From the NCBI GenBank assembly GCA_951406725.2, contig OX597824.1, forward strand, positions 91,202,001 to 91,266,000: a DNA stretch of 64,000 bases, written 5' to 3'. Of this stretch, positions 40,852 to 55,172 are shown piece after piece. The position numbers were made by a program, and so were the translations under genes. Every line of letters begins with the position of its first letter. Within the stretch, counting starts at the first letter, position 1. This DNA is from Octopus vulgaris (Eukaryota). Under the pieces are notes generated by a model. That model had not been told where the DNA came from. It saw only the letters and a program-made list of their open reading frames with translations, and searched no databases.

Positions 40852-41005
40852 CGACGGGTTTCTTTCAGTTTCCGTCTACCTAATCCACTCACAAGGCTTT
40901 GGTTGGCCCGAGGCTATAGTAGGAAACACTTGCCCAAGGTGCCACGCAGTGGGAATGAACCCGGAATCAAGTTGTTGAGAAGCAAGCTACTTACCACACA
41001 ACCAT
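40466..41005 (-). mobile_element. SINE family B with expanded internal minisatellite (CACTCCACACCACACACA)n
   Basis: Both halves match the consensus; ~18-bp units at 40720-40800. Confidence 0.85.
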
Positions 41006-41080
41006 GTCTCTGTATCTCTATATGTATCTGATGAGAGCCTGTGTATGTATGTGTACACACACACGCATCCACACACACAG

Positions 41081-41111
<31 letters not shown>

Positions 41112-42062
41112 TACATACACACACACACACATATGTACATATAAACATGCTGTACGTGCTTTCGTGTACGTGTGTGTGTGTGTGTGTGTTTATGTGTGTG
41201 CGTATAAAATTGTGTTAACGACTTTCTTCTAAAGAAACGGTAACGGAACCACAGTGATAAGCAATGGAGAATGTCCAAGAATAACTCTCTTCACGCTCAT
41301 CTTCTGAAGTGTTCCAAATTCCTTCCTGATTCTTTACTCCGTCCCAACTCCTATTCTTCTTTTTGATTCCTACTCTTCAAAAATCAACCTCTCCACCACC
41401 ACCACCACCACAACCACAACCACCACCACCACCACCACCACCACCACCATCGTCGTCATGAACACCGCCACTATCACCTGAACTGCCTCCATTACCATCA
41501 GCACCACACACCACCACCACAAGCATCACCATCATCATTATCATCATGAACACCACCGTTATTACCGCCACTATCACCTGAACTGCCTCCATTACAATCA
41601 CTTTCACCACCACCACCACCACTCGTCTCCAGTGTAATTACGACTATCACTCCACCGCCATCACCACAACCACCACCACTACGACGACGACCACCACTAC
41701 CACCACCACCACCAACGCCACCACTCTCACCACTGCCACTACCACCACCCACCACCGTCATTACGACCACCTCCACCAACAACAACACCAATACCACCAA
41801 CACCACCACACCATCACCACTACCACCACCACCTTCATCCGCACCACCACCATCACCACAATACCCTGCTCCACCCCACCCCCACCTACATTATCGCCAG
41901 TACCATTACCTCGACACTACAATCACACTAACCATGCAATTCCACCACCATCACCACCACTATTAGCGACCCTTACCCTCACACTCATTACCACCACTGT
42001 CTCAATCTCGATCACCATCACCACCATCACCACCATCGCCTTCATCTTTCCTTCATTATAGA

Positions 42063-42250
42063 TTTCTTCTTCTTCTTCTTCTTCTTCTTCTTCTTCTTCT
42101 TCTTCTTCTTCTTCTTCTTCTTCTTCTTCTTCTTCTTCTTCTTCTTCTTCTTCTTCTTCTTCTTCTTCTTCTTCTTCTTTTTTTTCTTCTTCTTCTTCTT
42201 CTTCTTCTTCTTCCTTCTTCTTCGTCTTCTTCTTCTTCTTCTTCTTCCTT
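42063..42250. repeat. (TTC)n microsatellite
   Basis: Direct reading. Confidence 0.95.
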
Positions 42251-42434
42251 CCTTCCTTCCTTCCCCTCCTTCCTCCTGCTGGCAACGGCCCCAGACAAAT
42301 CCACTCCGTCGAGACCTGCTCGTTATTTCAAGTACGTTCTGAAGCGTGACCTGTTCAAAATCATATACAGAGTCTATAATCTCTCATTCTTTCCACACAC
42401 CCCAACTCTCTCTCCCTCACACACACATACATAC

Positions 42435-42467
<33 letters not shown>

Positions 42468-42656
42468 TATACACACACGCGCATATTCCCATACATATAT
42501 ACATATATATATATGCGCACATATCCGTGCATACATTTATAAATATATATATATATGAGTGTGTGTGCATATTTACATACACATACACACACACACACAC
42601 AAACACACACATACACAGACACACACATACACACAAACACACACACATACATACAC

Positions 42657-42698
<42 letters not shown>

Positions 42699-42789
42699 AC
42701 AGACACACACACACACAGTCACACACACACAGACACACACACATACACAGACACACACATACACACACACACACACACACAGACACACA

Positions 42790-42859
<70 letters not shown>

Positions 42860-43623
42860 ACGCCCCAACACAGATCGCGACCAAGTTCACATGCGTACGT
42901 TTAATAAAAATGGATTCAGCCGGACGGTGTAAATACTGTCCGTTGTTAAACCGCCGGATTCTTTCTACAAGATAAAAAGATAAAAGGGAAAAAAAAGGAA
43001 AAGAAAAAGCGGGGAAACTGCTGTTACATGGGCGGGACTGAGAGTATATTTATCAAACAGATATTGTGTGAAGTATATCCACGCATGCGCCTTCTCAGTT
43101 TTTAGTCATTTTACACAAGCAGGCGCGATTTTAGTGGATCTCCGTCGCTTGACGATGAGGGTTGAGTTGTTTAATCAACTGAAATACCTGTTTCTCAATT
43201 AAAATATAAAAGGCTGAGTATTCCGCAGGCACGTATACCCTTAATGTAATTCTCAGACAGAATCAAAGTGACACAGTGTGTGATAAGAGTGTATTTTGAT
43301 TCAAAGGCGCGATCGACCCGACGGACTTCTATACAGTTTCCGTTCTACTCGATTTAGCTCATAGGGATTGTAGGATGTAACGCAGCCATAGAAAACGATA
43401 TTTGTTCTACATGCCATGCCGTGGGATCGAACCCAAAATCCTCTAAGAATGTTAGTTAACTAACTAAACTTTTTGTCTTGTTACATATAATGTTCTGGTA
43501 CGTACTTTAAATGTTAAGTTTTTATGCAACAAATGGTTCTGTTGTCTATATACCGAAACTGCCTTGACATTCAATCAACAGCTGATGAAGAGCATGTGTG
43601 TATGTTTGTACGTGTGTGTCTGT

Positions 43624-43688
<65 letters not shown>

Positions 43689-44445
43689 GGTGTGTATACC
43701 AAGGGAGATGGCAGAATCCCAAAATAGACCCACGGTGATCTGTGGGCATTTAAAAAAGTAGAAGAATGACCTCTGACATAAAACCTGTGTTGAAATAGCA
43801 TCCGATCTTGTTGCTCTTGCTTGTCCGATATATGTAGTACAAACATATGCCAAGATATATATATAGAATAAAACTTTATATATAAAGAACGTGAAATACA
43901 CGAAGTGACGAACACGGAAAACAGATAGTCGTTCAGAGCCTTCATTCTTCAGTCAGAAACCGATTCATCATGGCAAATTTCGGCTGTTTAATTCTGAGAT
44001 TTGCTCCAACTCGGCCAGCCCCAAGGAAAAACTAAGCTGTGGGCATTAGATTTCTTGGTAGAAGGAAAGAATGTAAACGCAACAGAGACGAATATGAATA
44101 CAAGAAACGAAAACAAAATTGGGAACAGTAACGGTTAAAAACAAGAATGACAAGGGGCGAGGCGTCTTACGACTTTGAGACAAAATGAGACAAAAACAAT
44201 TGATCAGCAAGCGTGGAAAACAATTACCTTTTCGGTAGATATATATATATATATATTCTTTTAAGTGTTTCTGTCATTTGACTGCAGCCATGCTGGAGTA
44301 CCGCCTTTTAGTCGAACAAATCGACCCCAGGACTTATTCTTTGTAAGCCTAGTACTTATCCTCTCGGTCTCTTTTGCCGAAGCGCTAACTCACGGGGATG
44401 TAAACAGCGGTTATCAAGTGGTGGCGGGGGATAAACGCACGCACG

Positions 44446-44507
<62 letters not shown>

Positions 44508-45475
44508 TACACACACGCACACATAAGTATATAGCAGATGAGTAAAAATTTAAAAGATAAAACATCCTCTGACTTGTGGTCATAACTGAAGTAGCTTATA
44601 TTATAGGTATACTTGACCAGGCGTGACCCAGGGCTAAAAGCATAATACCGACGAAGGTGGTGTTGACGGCGGTGATGACACCCACGAAAAGGAGAACCTG
44701 CTCTGTCGCCCCTCTTCACATCCGACTCGTGACTCAGCAATGACAAATAAATAAACAAATAAACAGACAAATAAAGAAAAGGTGACGAATACCCGAACGA
44801 ATCGTCAGGTACCCGATGGTGAACTTACACGCTTCCTCAACTACCCCGTCCCTTTGTACACCGCTCGGCAAAGTATGAGACAGCAAAAATATGAACAATT
44901 ACCCTATAGCCCCTGTCTTGTCATTCGGAAGAGATTTCAGCACAGCCATCGATACCTACCCGTTCCCCACCCCGTCAATGAACTCAAGAAAGCGCCAAAA
45001 TAGAAAACAATTAACCAACTTAAGTGTCTTTAAGCGATCGTTGGCCTTGCAAGAAATAGCGGCCAAATCTCGCTGAAAATTAAGCTTCGTAGAACTTGAA
45101 AAAGGAAGGCAGAATTCAGGAATGCAAATCTAGATACATGTAGTTCTGCATAAAACAGCTGTAATTGTAGAGAGAGATATAGGAGAAGGACAAATAATGT
45201 AGTTTTTGATACATATAGTCACACAAGAAATAGCAGCCAAATCTCCCGTAAAATAACACCTTACAATCAAAGAAAAAGAAGGACATTTATAACATATTGG
45301 GCCGATCTACTATAGCCTCGGGCCGACCAAAGTCTTGTGAGTGGGTTTGGTAGTCGGAAACTGAAAGAAGCCCATCGTATATATGTATAAACATATATAT
45401 ATATGTACGTGTGTGTATATGTTTGTGTATCTGTGTTCGTCCCCCCCCCCCAACATCGCTTGACAACCGATGCTG

Positions 45476-45535
<60 letters not shown>

Positions 45536-45583
45536 TCTCTCAGTGAGACATAAACAGTAGCAGCACCGAATCGTGAAGTACAT

Positions 45584-45732
45584 TTGCCACCTAAATGTGA
45601 CGGTCCCATTAGGGACGATGCTACTGTTAAGACACAGACAGCGTGTCGTTAGCCAGCTGGAGGAGATGTCTTCCTGGGGCTATAAACAACAGTACCATCG
45701 TCCCCTATGGGACCGCCACATTTAGGTGGCAA
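45584..45732. mobile_element. MITE with ~45-bp terminal inverted repeats
   Basis: TTGCCACCTAAATGTGACGGTCCCATTAGGGACGATGCTACTGTT versus AACAGTACCATCGTCCCCTATGGGACCGCCACATTTAGGTGGCAA. Confidence 0.75.
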
Positions 45733-46146
45733 TGTGTGGTAAGTAGCTTACTTACCAACCACATGGTCCCGGGCTCAGTCCCACTGCGTGGCACCTTGGG
45801 TAAATGTCTTCCACTATACCCTCGGGCCGACCAAAGCATCGCGAGTGGATTTGGTAGACGGAAACTGAAAGAAGTCCATCATATATATGTATATATGTAC
45901 ATATATATATATATATATATATATGCATGTGTGTGCATATGTTTGTGTGTTTGTGTTTGTCTCCCCAACATTGCTTGACAACCGATGCTGGTGTGTTTAC
46001 GTCCCCGTAACTTAGCGGTTCGGCAAAAGAGAACGATAGAATAAGTACTAGGCTTCCAAAGAATAAGTCCTGGGGTCGATTTGCTCGACTAAAGGCAGTG
46101 CTCCAGCATGGCCACAGTCAAATGACTGAAGCAAGTAAAAGAGTAG
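45733..46146 (+). mobile_element. SINE family B, 5' clipped
   Basis: Matches the consensus from TGTGTGGTAAGTAGC onward. Confidence 0.85.
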
Positions 46147-47155
46147 AAGATATATAAATATATATATGTATCTGTATGTGTGTGTCTGTCTTTGTGTCTG
46201 TGTGTCTTTGTGTTTGCGTTTTTCCACCCCACCTACCACTGCTTGACAACCATTGTTGGTGTGTTTATGTCCCCATAACGTAGTAGTTCGACAAAAGAGT
46301 CTGATAGACTAAGTACCGGGCTACAGCAACAAATACATGAACAACAACAACAACAACAACAGCAACAGTGACTGCGCAAAAACTCAAATAACCGCCTTAT
46401 CACTGAGGGGGTAAAACTCGTATCTCACTCTGAAGAACCTTCACAATACATCACCACCACAACCGCCACCAGCACCACCACCACCACCACAACCACCACT
46501 ACCATTATCATCGCCAGTACCACCAGCACAGCCGTTACCCCACCACAACTACCACCGCCTTCTCAACTACCACTGCAATCACCACCACCACCACCACCAC
46601 CATTATACTCGCCAGTACCATCAGCCCAACCGTTACCCCACCACAACTACCACCGCCTTCTCCACTACCACTGCAATCACCACCACCACAACCACCACTA
46701 TCACTACCACCAGAACCACCGCCCACAATACGAATACACCCACTACCTCCACCACCACCACCACCACCACCATCACCACCACCACCACCACCACCACCAC
46801 CACCACCACCACCACCACCACCACCATAACCACCACCGTCGCCATCATGATCATCAACGGCAGCACCACAGCACTACACCCAAACCCAGCAAGTCAACCG
46901 TAACGCGTAACGTCGCGGCCATTGAAAAGACATAATGGATAGCTTTTAGCGGAGTTCTTAATTAAGACTCATTAGATATAGAGGTGGGACTTGTAATTAA
47001 TATTCAGTCTCTATTCATTTCCTTTTCCAACTTTAGAATATTTTGCCAGTTGTGTTGGGTCGGGGGATGTCAATTTAAGGATCTGATAACTCTTCCCCTT
47101 CTCACTCTGCGATCCCACCACGCCCTCTCTTAATGTCTCTCGGTTTGACTATCAT

Positions 47156-47195
<40 letters not shown>

Positions 47196-48021
47196 CACAC
47201 ACACACATGCATACATACATGCATACAAATATACACATGTGCACACATACACACATACATACACTCATATACGCATGCATACACACATACATACACACAT
47301 ACACATGCATACACACACATACACACACATACATATATACATTCATACATACATGCATACACACATACACACACACATACATACATATACACACATATAC
47401 ACAGATACATACATTCATACATACATGCATACACACTTACACGCAAACATACGTGTGTACATACATGCATACACACGCATACACACACGTACGTACAAAC
47501 ATACACAGTTACATACACACACACAAACATACATACATGCATGCACACACATACACACATACACGTTACTATAACTGAACATACCATACCATATGTTTAT
47601 CAAAACCATTTAACACGCTCTACTGCACAGCTTAGATAAAGAGTTTTCCCCCTATAAAACCCTTTATTTACATGCAAGAACGTATATATATATATATATA
47701 TATACTCATCGGTGAATTTATAGTAAATGGTTACATTATCGGTTGCTACACAGTGGATGTGTTCTGTTGTTTAAACGCCCATTTGCTGCGGCATAGCGTC
47801 CAGGGAAAGCTCCCCACGCGATGCTGAGTATCAAATCACAGAGAATGGACCTGACCAGGTGAGACAACTTGCCCCATAAGTGACAAAGAATGGTAGATGC
47901 CGATATTTCGTCGTCATTGTGTACTCGGATCGTCTCGAAACGAAATGATATACTAGTCTAATCCGAGTACATGGTATCGATAATAAGCCACGATAATGGC
48001 GAAATATCACTATGTACCATA

Positions 48022-48247
48022 CTTATTTCTTTATTGCTCACAAGGGGCTAAACATAGAGGGGACAAGCAAGGACAGACAACGAGTTTAAGTCGATTACAT
48101 GGACCCCAGTGCGAAACTGGTACTTTATTTATCGACCCCGAAAAGATGAAAGGCAAAGTCGACCTCGGTGGAATTTGAACTCAGAACGTAACGACAGACG
48201 AAATACGGCTACGCATTTCGCCCGGCGTTTCTGCCAGCTCGCCGCCT
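48022..48247 (-). mobile_element. SINE family C (monomer)
   Basis: Head plus one unit. Confidence 0.8.
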
Positions 48248-48275
48248 TCATATATATATATATATATATATATAA

Positions 48276-48480
48276 AATCCAAACAAGAAAACACAAAAAA
48301 ACACAACAACGCGAGGACGTGGAACAAATATAGTATTATTGGACGCTCAGGAAAGAAGGAAAGAAGGAGGGTTTAACGTTTCGAGCGGAGCTCTTCGTCG
48401 GAAACGTAGGAGAAGGAAAGATCCAGAGAAGGGAAGACAGAGGGAAAAAATCGCCAACGGTACACACGAGGTCACATTTT
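48276..48480 (-). mobile_element. ~205-bp non-coding element with minimal hammerhead motif (48371-48405), inserted in (TA)n
   Basis: Minus strand GTTT-CCGACGA-A-GAGC-TCC-GCTC-GAAA-CGTT-AAAC; near-identical copies at 52147 and 53305. Confidence 0.75.
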
Positions 48481-48497
48481 GAAATATATATATATAT

Positions 48498-48935
48498 ATA
48501 TATTATATAAAAAATCCGTTCTGTCTGTCTGTGTGTCTTCTAGGATCTCGGGCGTCCTCCATCCGATTGCGCTCAAATTTGATATGTAGATACCGACGGC
48601 ATCAGGGCGTATATAAATCTTGAAAAAATTACGAAAATCGATTCCGGGCGAGAATGCGATCGATAAAGCCGTGGGAACGTGCATTTGTACGCGCATGTAC
48701 ATCAGCTGTTGCGATCGATACTGCGCGTACGCGAGAAAAATGCACAGTGTCTCAAATTTAGGTTAAATGAGTGTTTCTCAAAGAGGAGGCCTATGGGACG
48801 GTCGGCCAAGTTGTTTTGAGAAAATTTGGTTTACATGTTTGACAACTCAGCACCGTCCATTGAAAAATCGAAGATAGAGATGACTCGACAATTGATCGTT
48901 GAAATTAATCAATGTTCCAAATAGACATTGTCCCA
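48498..48935 (+). mobile_element. Helitron-like 5' fragment
   Basis: TATTATATAAAA start, CTGTCTGTCTGT microsatellite and CCGATTGCGCTCAAATTTG segment typical of non-autonomous Helitrons; no 3' end found. Confidence 0.5.
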
Positions 48936-48938
48936 TAT

Positions 48939-49306
48939 AGGCGCAGGAGTGGCTGTGTGCTAAGTAGCTTTCTTACCAACCACATGGTTCCGGGTTCAGT
49001 CCCACTGCGTGGCAACTTGGGCAAGTGCCTTCTACTATAGCCTTGGGCCGACCAAAGCCTTGTGAGTGGATTTGGCAAACGGAAACTGAAAGAAGCCCGT
49101 ATATATATGTGTGCGTCTGTGTTTGTCCCACAACATCGCTTGATAACCGATGCTGGTGTGTTTAAGTCCTCGTAACTTAGCGGTTCCGGAAAAAGAGACC
49201 GATAGAATAAGTAGTAGGCTTACAAAGAATAAGTTTGCTCGACTAAAGGCGATGCTCCAGCATGGTCGCAGTCAAATGACTGAAACAAGTCAAAGAGTCA
49301 AAGAGT
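48939..49306 (+). mobile_element. SINE family B
   Basis: Matches the consensus. Confidence 0.88.
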
Positions 49307-49836
49307 ATCTAGAATAGAGAGGAAATTCCGATAAGGTGACAGGTGCTATATACCTTTTGTTGCTTTTCAAAACAACAGGTATTGATTATAATGTGATAAG
49401 CGTATCTGTCAATAAAAGGGAGGGAAGAGGTAATCAAGTACTACAGATGTTTCAAAAGGAACATCGGGTACATCTTACGTAACGTTATGAATGCCTTGTT
49501 GCCGCCCGCTGTGCTTTTTTCTTCAGATACGGCTGCTTCGTGGGAAATACTCCGGTGTAATGGGGAATAATACAAAAGAAAGCTGGGCTAGTGATGTTTA
49601 TCCTAGCATGCTCTTTAGATCATAATTAGTAATACTGTTACGTACAATGGTAGACTAACCACAATACTGGAAGCAGACTGAATAATTAAAACCTAACCTA
49701 CGTAGAGCTCTAGCTTATACAGCATTAGTAGTACTTATAACTGTGTACACAAGATGCGTGTATATATACAGTACAGAGAGTAAAGAGTATATATATATAT
49801 ATATATATTCACACACACACACAGCACCGCCTTTAG

Positions 49837-49892
<56 letters not shown>

Positions 49893-49985
49893 TACATGTG
49901 TATATTTAAAAGCTAAAGACCACTATGTGGTCAACCATATGGCTGACCACATAGTGGTTTTTAGCCCTTTAAATATACACATGTA
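49893..49985. repeat. Spacerless ~93-bp palindrome
   Basis: Centred on CCATATGG; arms ACCACTATGTGGTCA / TGACCACATAGTGGT and TACATGTGTATATTTAAA / TTTAAATATACACATGTA. Confidence 0.9.
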
Positions 49986-50061
49986 TTAGAATTTTCTCTG
50001 ATTTTAGATTTTTGTATGCTAGGCTACTGGTTCTAAATTGATATTAATTAAATTAATATAC

Positions 50062-50114
<53 letters not shown>

Positions 50115-50330
50115 TATATATATATATATATGTGTGTGTATGCATGTGTATGTGTGTGAGAGAGAGTAGGTATATATGTATCTATATACAATGGGCTTTC
50201 ATACAGTTTTCTCTCGGTCAAATTCAACCACAGGTTATTGGTTGGCACAGGCTATTCTAGAAGACACTGCAAAAGATTCCGGTGGGACGGTGTGAACCTC
50301 AACCACACGCCCATAATAATACTAATAATG

Positions 50331-50463
<133 letters not shown>

Positions 50464-50507
50464 TGATGATGATGATGATGATGATTATGATGATGATGAT
50501 GATAATA

Positions 50508-50600
<93 letters not shown>

Positions 50601-50765
50601 GGCGCAGGAGTGGCTGTGTGGTAGGTAGCTTGTTTACCAACCACATGGTTCCGGGTTCAGTCCCACTGCGTGGCACCTTGGGCAAATGTCTTCTACTATA
50701 GTCTCGAGCCGACCAAAGCCTTGTGAATGGATTTGGTAGACGGAAACTGAAAGTAGCCCGTCGTA

Positions 50766-50796
<31 letters not shown>

Positions 50797-51001
50797 GCGT
50801 GTATGTGTTTGTGTCTGTGTTTGTCCTCCTAGCATTGCTTGACAACCGATGGTGGTGTGTTTATGTCCCCGTAACTTAGCGGTTCGGCAAAAGAGATCGA
50901 TAGAATAAGTACTGGGCTTACAAAAGAATAAGTTGCTCGATTAAAGGCGGTGCTCCAGCATGGTCGCAGTCAAATGACTGAAACAAGTAAAAGAATAAAA
51001 G
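50601..51001 (+). mobile_element. SINE family B
   Basis: Matches the consensus; starts directly after (AAT)n. Confidence 0.9.
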
Positions 51002-51400
51002 AAAAAAAGAAAAGAATAATAATCCTTTCTACTGTAGGCACGTTGGGGAAGTAGGACCGGTCGATTTTTTATCGATCCCCCAGTGCTCACCTGGTACTTC
51101 TTTAATACGATTCCGAAAGGCCGATGGGCTTTTGAACTCGGAACGTAAAGACATTTGTCCGATATGAAAAAGATCCTGCCACCTCAACGAATACATTTGA
51201 ATGTGTTTTCCTCTATTAATGAAATATATATATATTTCTATATATACATTGTGTTGCTAAAATAGCAGCTTTTGCAAAAGAAAAGGAAAAAAAAACAGGC
51301 CTTCCAAAGCGTCTGTAATTGATTAACGCAGGTTTTTCAGCTGTATTCTGAACATCATCGCAAGACGCTTCACTGCTTAAACTGAAGACAAATATATATG

Positions 51401-51470
<70 letters not shown>

Positions 51471-51651
51471 CATATATATACACACATATATATATACACA
51501 CACACATATATATACATATATACATACATATATGTATATATATATATATATATATATGCATTTTAAACATGTCAGTACTACAAAGAAATTAATCATAATA
51601 TCAAAATGAACTACGATTAAAGATTATATATATGATGTGGGTGTATATGCG

Positions 51652-51697
<46 letters not shown>

Positions 51698-52031
51698 TAT
51701 ATATATATACACACACACATACACATATATATATATATGTACACACACATATATATATATATACACACACACACACATACACACATTATATATATATATA
51801 CACACACACACATGCACACATATATATATATATATACACAAGTAATGGCGATGGGTAAGTCAGTGCAGTCAGCGTGGGCGGAAGTGACGTTAGATTAAAT
51901 AGATAATGAAGGGACATCAGATAGAAAAATGACAAGCGGAAAATTGAGCAGACGAAAAGAATGATTTTTATAATTAAATAAGAAGTGGGTAGACATGTGT
52001 GCGTGCGTGTATCTGTATGTACATGTGCGTA

Positions 52032-52068
<37 letters not shown>

Positions 52069-52101
52069 AACTATAAATGCATGTAGGTATATATGTGTAT
52101 T

Positions 52102-52146
<45 letters not shown>

Positions 52147-52151
<5 letters not shown>

Positions 52152-52334
52152 ATCCAAACAAGAAAGCACAAAAAAGCACAACAACGCGAGGACATGGAAC
52201 AAATATAGTATTATTGGACGCTCAGGAAAGAAGGAAAGAAGGAGAGTCTAACGTTTCGGGTGGAGCTCTTCGTCGGAAACATAGGAGAAGGAAAGATCCA
52301 GAGAAGGGAAGACAGAGGAAAAAAATCGCCAACG

Positions 52335-52340
<6 letters not shown>
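52147..52340 (-). mobile_element. Hammerhead-motif element, copy 2 (motif 52246-52280)
   Basis: Same element as 48276-48480; helix II partly mutated; lies between (TA)n and (CA)n. Confidence 0.72.
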
Positions 52341-52415
<75 letters not shown>

Positions 52416-52931
52416 CATATATATTTAATAACAAAATCATATATAAAACATATGTCTATATACATACATATATGTAAATACCTACATCTATATGTATATA
52501 CAAGCATATATGGGTACAGGACACCAAAAAAAAAAAACAAACGTTGAACACAATGAGAAACGAAAACATAAAAACAAAACATGAAAACGGACATTTTTTT
52601 TTAAACAACGAAATAAACAGAGTACAAGACATACAACACAAGGATTATTCGTCCTCTTCAGTTGTCCCTGTTTCGGCTACTCCGCGTTCCGAAGGTAAGG
52701 ACAAGACGCGACTTCGTTGAAACAGTTCTTCCCGCAAAGCAAATTAAATAAAATTCGGAATTTTTTGCGGAGGGGTAAAAGTGGTAACAAGAACAGGAGA
52801 GTAAAAAACAAAACAAGTCAGTAAAAACAATACAAATAAAAACAGTAAAAGAAAGGACAAAGAGAATAACACAGTAAAAACAAACGATGGGGGCTGTTAA
52901 GCCGAGACGAGAGAAAAATTATTTTGAACGC

Positions 52932-52971
<40 letters not shown>

Positions 52972-53304
52972 CCCCACAAAGAGGTAAAATAAGAGAGACA
53001 GCATAGCGAAAGTTTTGGCTGTCATCCTGTACTCCCCTTGTTGCTAGCGATATGGTATATGCTAGCTGTGGGAGCAACTGGTTGTTTTAATGGCGGAACA
53101 AACAGGGGAATTCCATTAGAAAACGTTTTAATCGATTTTCTCGCTAAGTATGGGGGCTAGGAAAAAAATACAAATCGCATGCCAACCTATGCACCCGACT
53201 CCACATGTGTGCCATTTTTCACGCGAATCCACGCAGCCGTTTGGCTGTGAACCTCAAGACAAGAAAGAATACAACGATCGCCTATGTCAAATTTATATTA
53301 TATA

Positions 53305-53517
53305 AATGTGACCTCGTGTGTACCGTTGGTGATTTTTTTCCCTCCGTCTTCCCTTTTCTGGATCTTTCCTTTTTCCTATGTTTCTGACGAAGAGCTCCGC
53401 TCGAAACGTTAAACCCTCCTTCTTCCCTTTCTTCCTGAGCGTCCAATAATACTATATTTGTTCCACGTCCTCGCGTTGTTGTGTTTTCTCTTTGTGTTTT
53501 CATGTTTGGATTAACCA
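53305..53517 (+). mobile_element. Hammerhead-motif element, copy 3
   Basis: Reverse complement of 48276-48480; followed by (TA)n. Confidence 0.75.
53380..53414 (+). ncRNA. Minimal type-I hammerhead ribozyme with canonical CUGANGA core
   Basis: GTTT-CTGACGA-A-GAGC-TCC-GCTC-GAAA-CGT-T-AAAC: helix I GTTT/AAAC, helix II GAGC/GCTC, palindromic AACGTT in place of helix III. Confidence 0.72.
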
Positions 53518-53533
53518 TATATATATATAAACT

Positions 53534-53582
<49 letters not shown>

Positions 53583-53629
53583 ACACACACACATTACTGA
53601 ACGTGTGTATGTGTGTGTGTGTGTGTGTC

Positions 53630-54241
53630 AATGTCTGTATCCATCCATCCACCCACCCAGATACATACATACATATATCCAGGATTTTCTAAGGCGTCTT
53701 CCATCCATATTCTGCGCCCACTATTTCTGCGAAGGGACGGCGGGGTAGAACCCTCGGGCACGTCATCCATAGGGTCTTATCAGAAGCAAACGTGGTTCGT
53801 CCGTTCCAGCTGGATTCCCAAGCGTGACCAGCTGAGACTCAGGGGATTGCCCATAGCTTTCTTTCACTAAAAACTACCAGCGACGATAAAACCTAAATGT
53901 TTCTGGGCAGACAAATAAATTTATAGCGGTTCCGGTTGCGCTGGGGTGGATGAGGTTGAGCATGATGGTGATAATTACGTTTTATCGTTGCTGGTAGTTG
54001 TTAGTGAAAGAAAGCTATGAGTAATCCCCTGAGTCTCAGCTGGTCACGCTTGGGAATCCAGCTGGAACGGACGAACGACGTTTGGCTTCTGATAGGACCC
54101 TATGGATGATGTGCCCGAGGGTTCTACTCCCCGCCGTCCCTTCGCAGAAATAGTGGGGGGCAGAATATGGATGGAAGAAGCCTTAGAAAATCCTGGATAT
54201 ATGTATGTATGTATCTGGGTGGATGGATGGATGGATACATA

Positions 54242-54245
<4 letters not shown>
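53630..54245. repeat. Long inverted repeat (arms ~265 bp, spacer 86 bp)
   Basis: 53630-53892 is the near reverse complement of 53979-54245; extended outward by (TG)n/(CA)n. Confidence 0.92.
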
Positions 54246-54324
<79 letters not shown>

Positions 54325-54673
54325 ATATATATATACACACACACACACACATATGTGTACAGGTACAAGCACACATGTACACACAGAATGAGACATGGAA
54401 AGCTCGAAATGGAATTGATCCCTAAAGGAAAATAAGGATGTCTATTGAAGAGAGAAAAAAAGAAAGAAAGAAAAGCGAAGGAATGCATGAAGGAATGAAA
54501 GAGCGAAAGAATGAAAGAATGAAAGAATGAAAGAATGAAAGAATGCAGGGTGTAGGAAAAGAGCAAAACGGAAATAGCGCAAGAAGGAAGTTAATAGGAA
54601 AGAAGAAAGGATGTCAGAGGTAAATAGAAAAGGAAGTGGATTGGTACGTGTGTGTGTGTGTGTGCGCGTGCGT

Positions 54674-54718
<45 letters not shown>

Positions 54719-54771
54719 AATGTATGTATCCATCCATCCATCCATCCACCCTGATACATACATACGTTATA

Positions 54772-55172
54772 CGCAGGTGTGGCTGTGTAGTAAGAAATTG
54801 GCTTCCGAACCACATGGTTCCGGGTTCAGTCCCACTGCGTGGCACCTTGGGCAAGTGTTTTCTACTATAGCCACGGGCCAACCAAAGCCTTGTGAGTGGA
54901 TTTGGTAGACGGCAACTGAAAGAAACTCGTCGTGTATACATGTATGAGTGTGTGTATGTGTGTGTGTGCGTGTGTGTGTGTGTGTGTTTGAGTTTTCTCT
55001 CCCACCGCTTGACAACAGGTGTCGGTGTGTTTATGTCCCCATAGCCTAACAGTTCGGCAAAGCAGATCCTTTGAATAAGAGCCAGGTTTCAGAAAAAAAT
55101 AAGTCTAAAAAATCTTCTACGTGATTTCCAGTATGGTCGCAGTCTAATGACTGAAGCGAGTAAAAGATGAAA
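54772..55172 (+). mobile_element. SINE family B, diverged
   Basis: Matches the consensus. Confidence 0.8.

Noticed and set aside
43030-43092. GC box plus NRF1-like ACGCATGCGC promoter
   Set aside because: Short motifs expected by chance, with no supported transcript.
44600-44712. Minus-strand hydrophobic peptide VLLFVGVITAVNTTFVGIMLLALGHAWS
   Set aside because: No start codon ahead of the hydrophobic stretch, no polypyrimidine acceptor, and no recognisable family.
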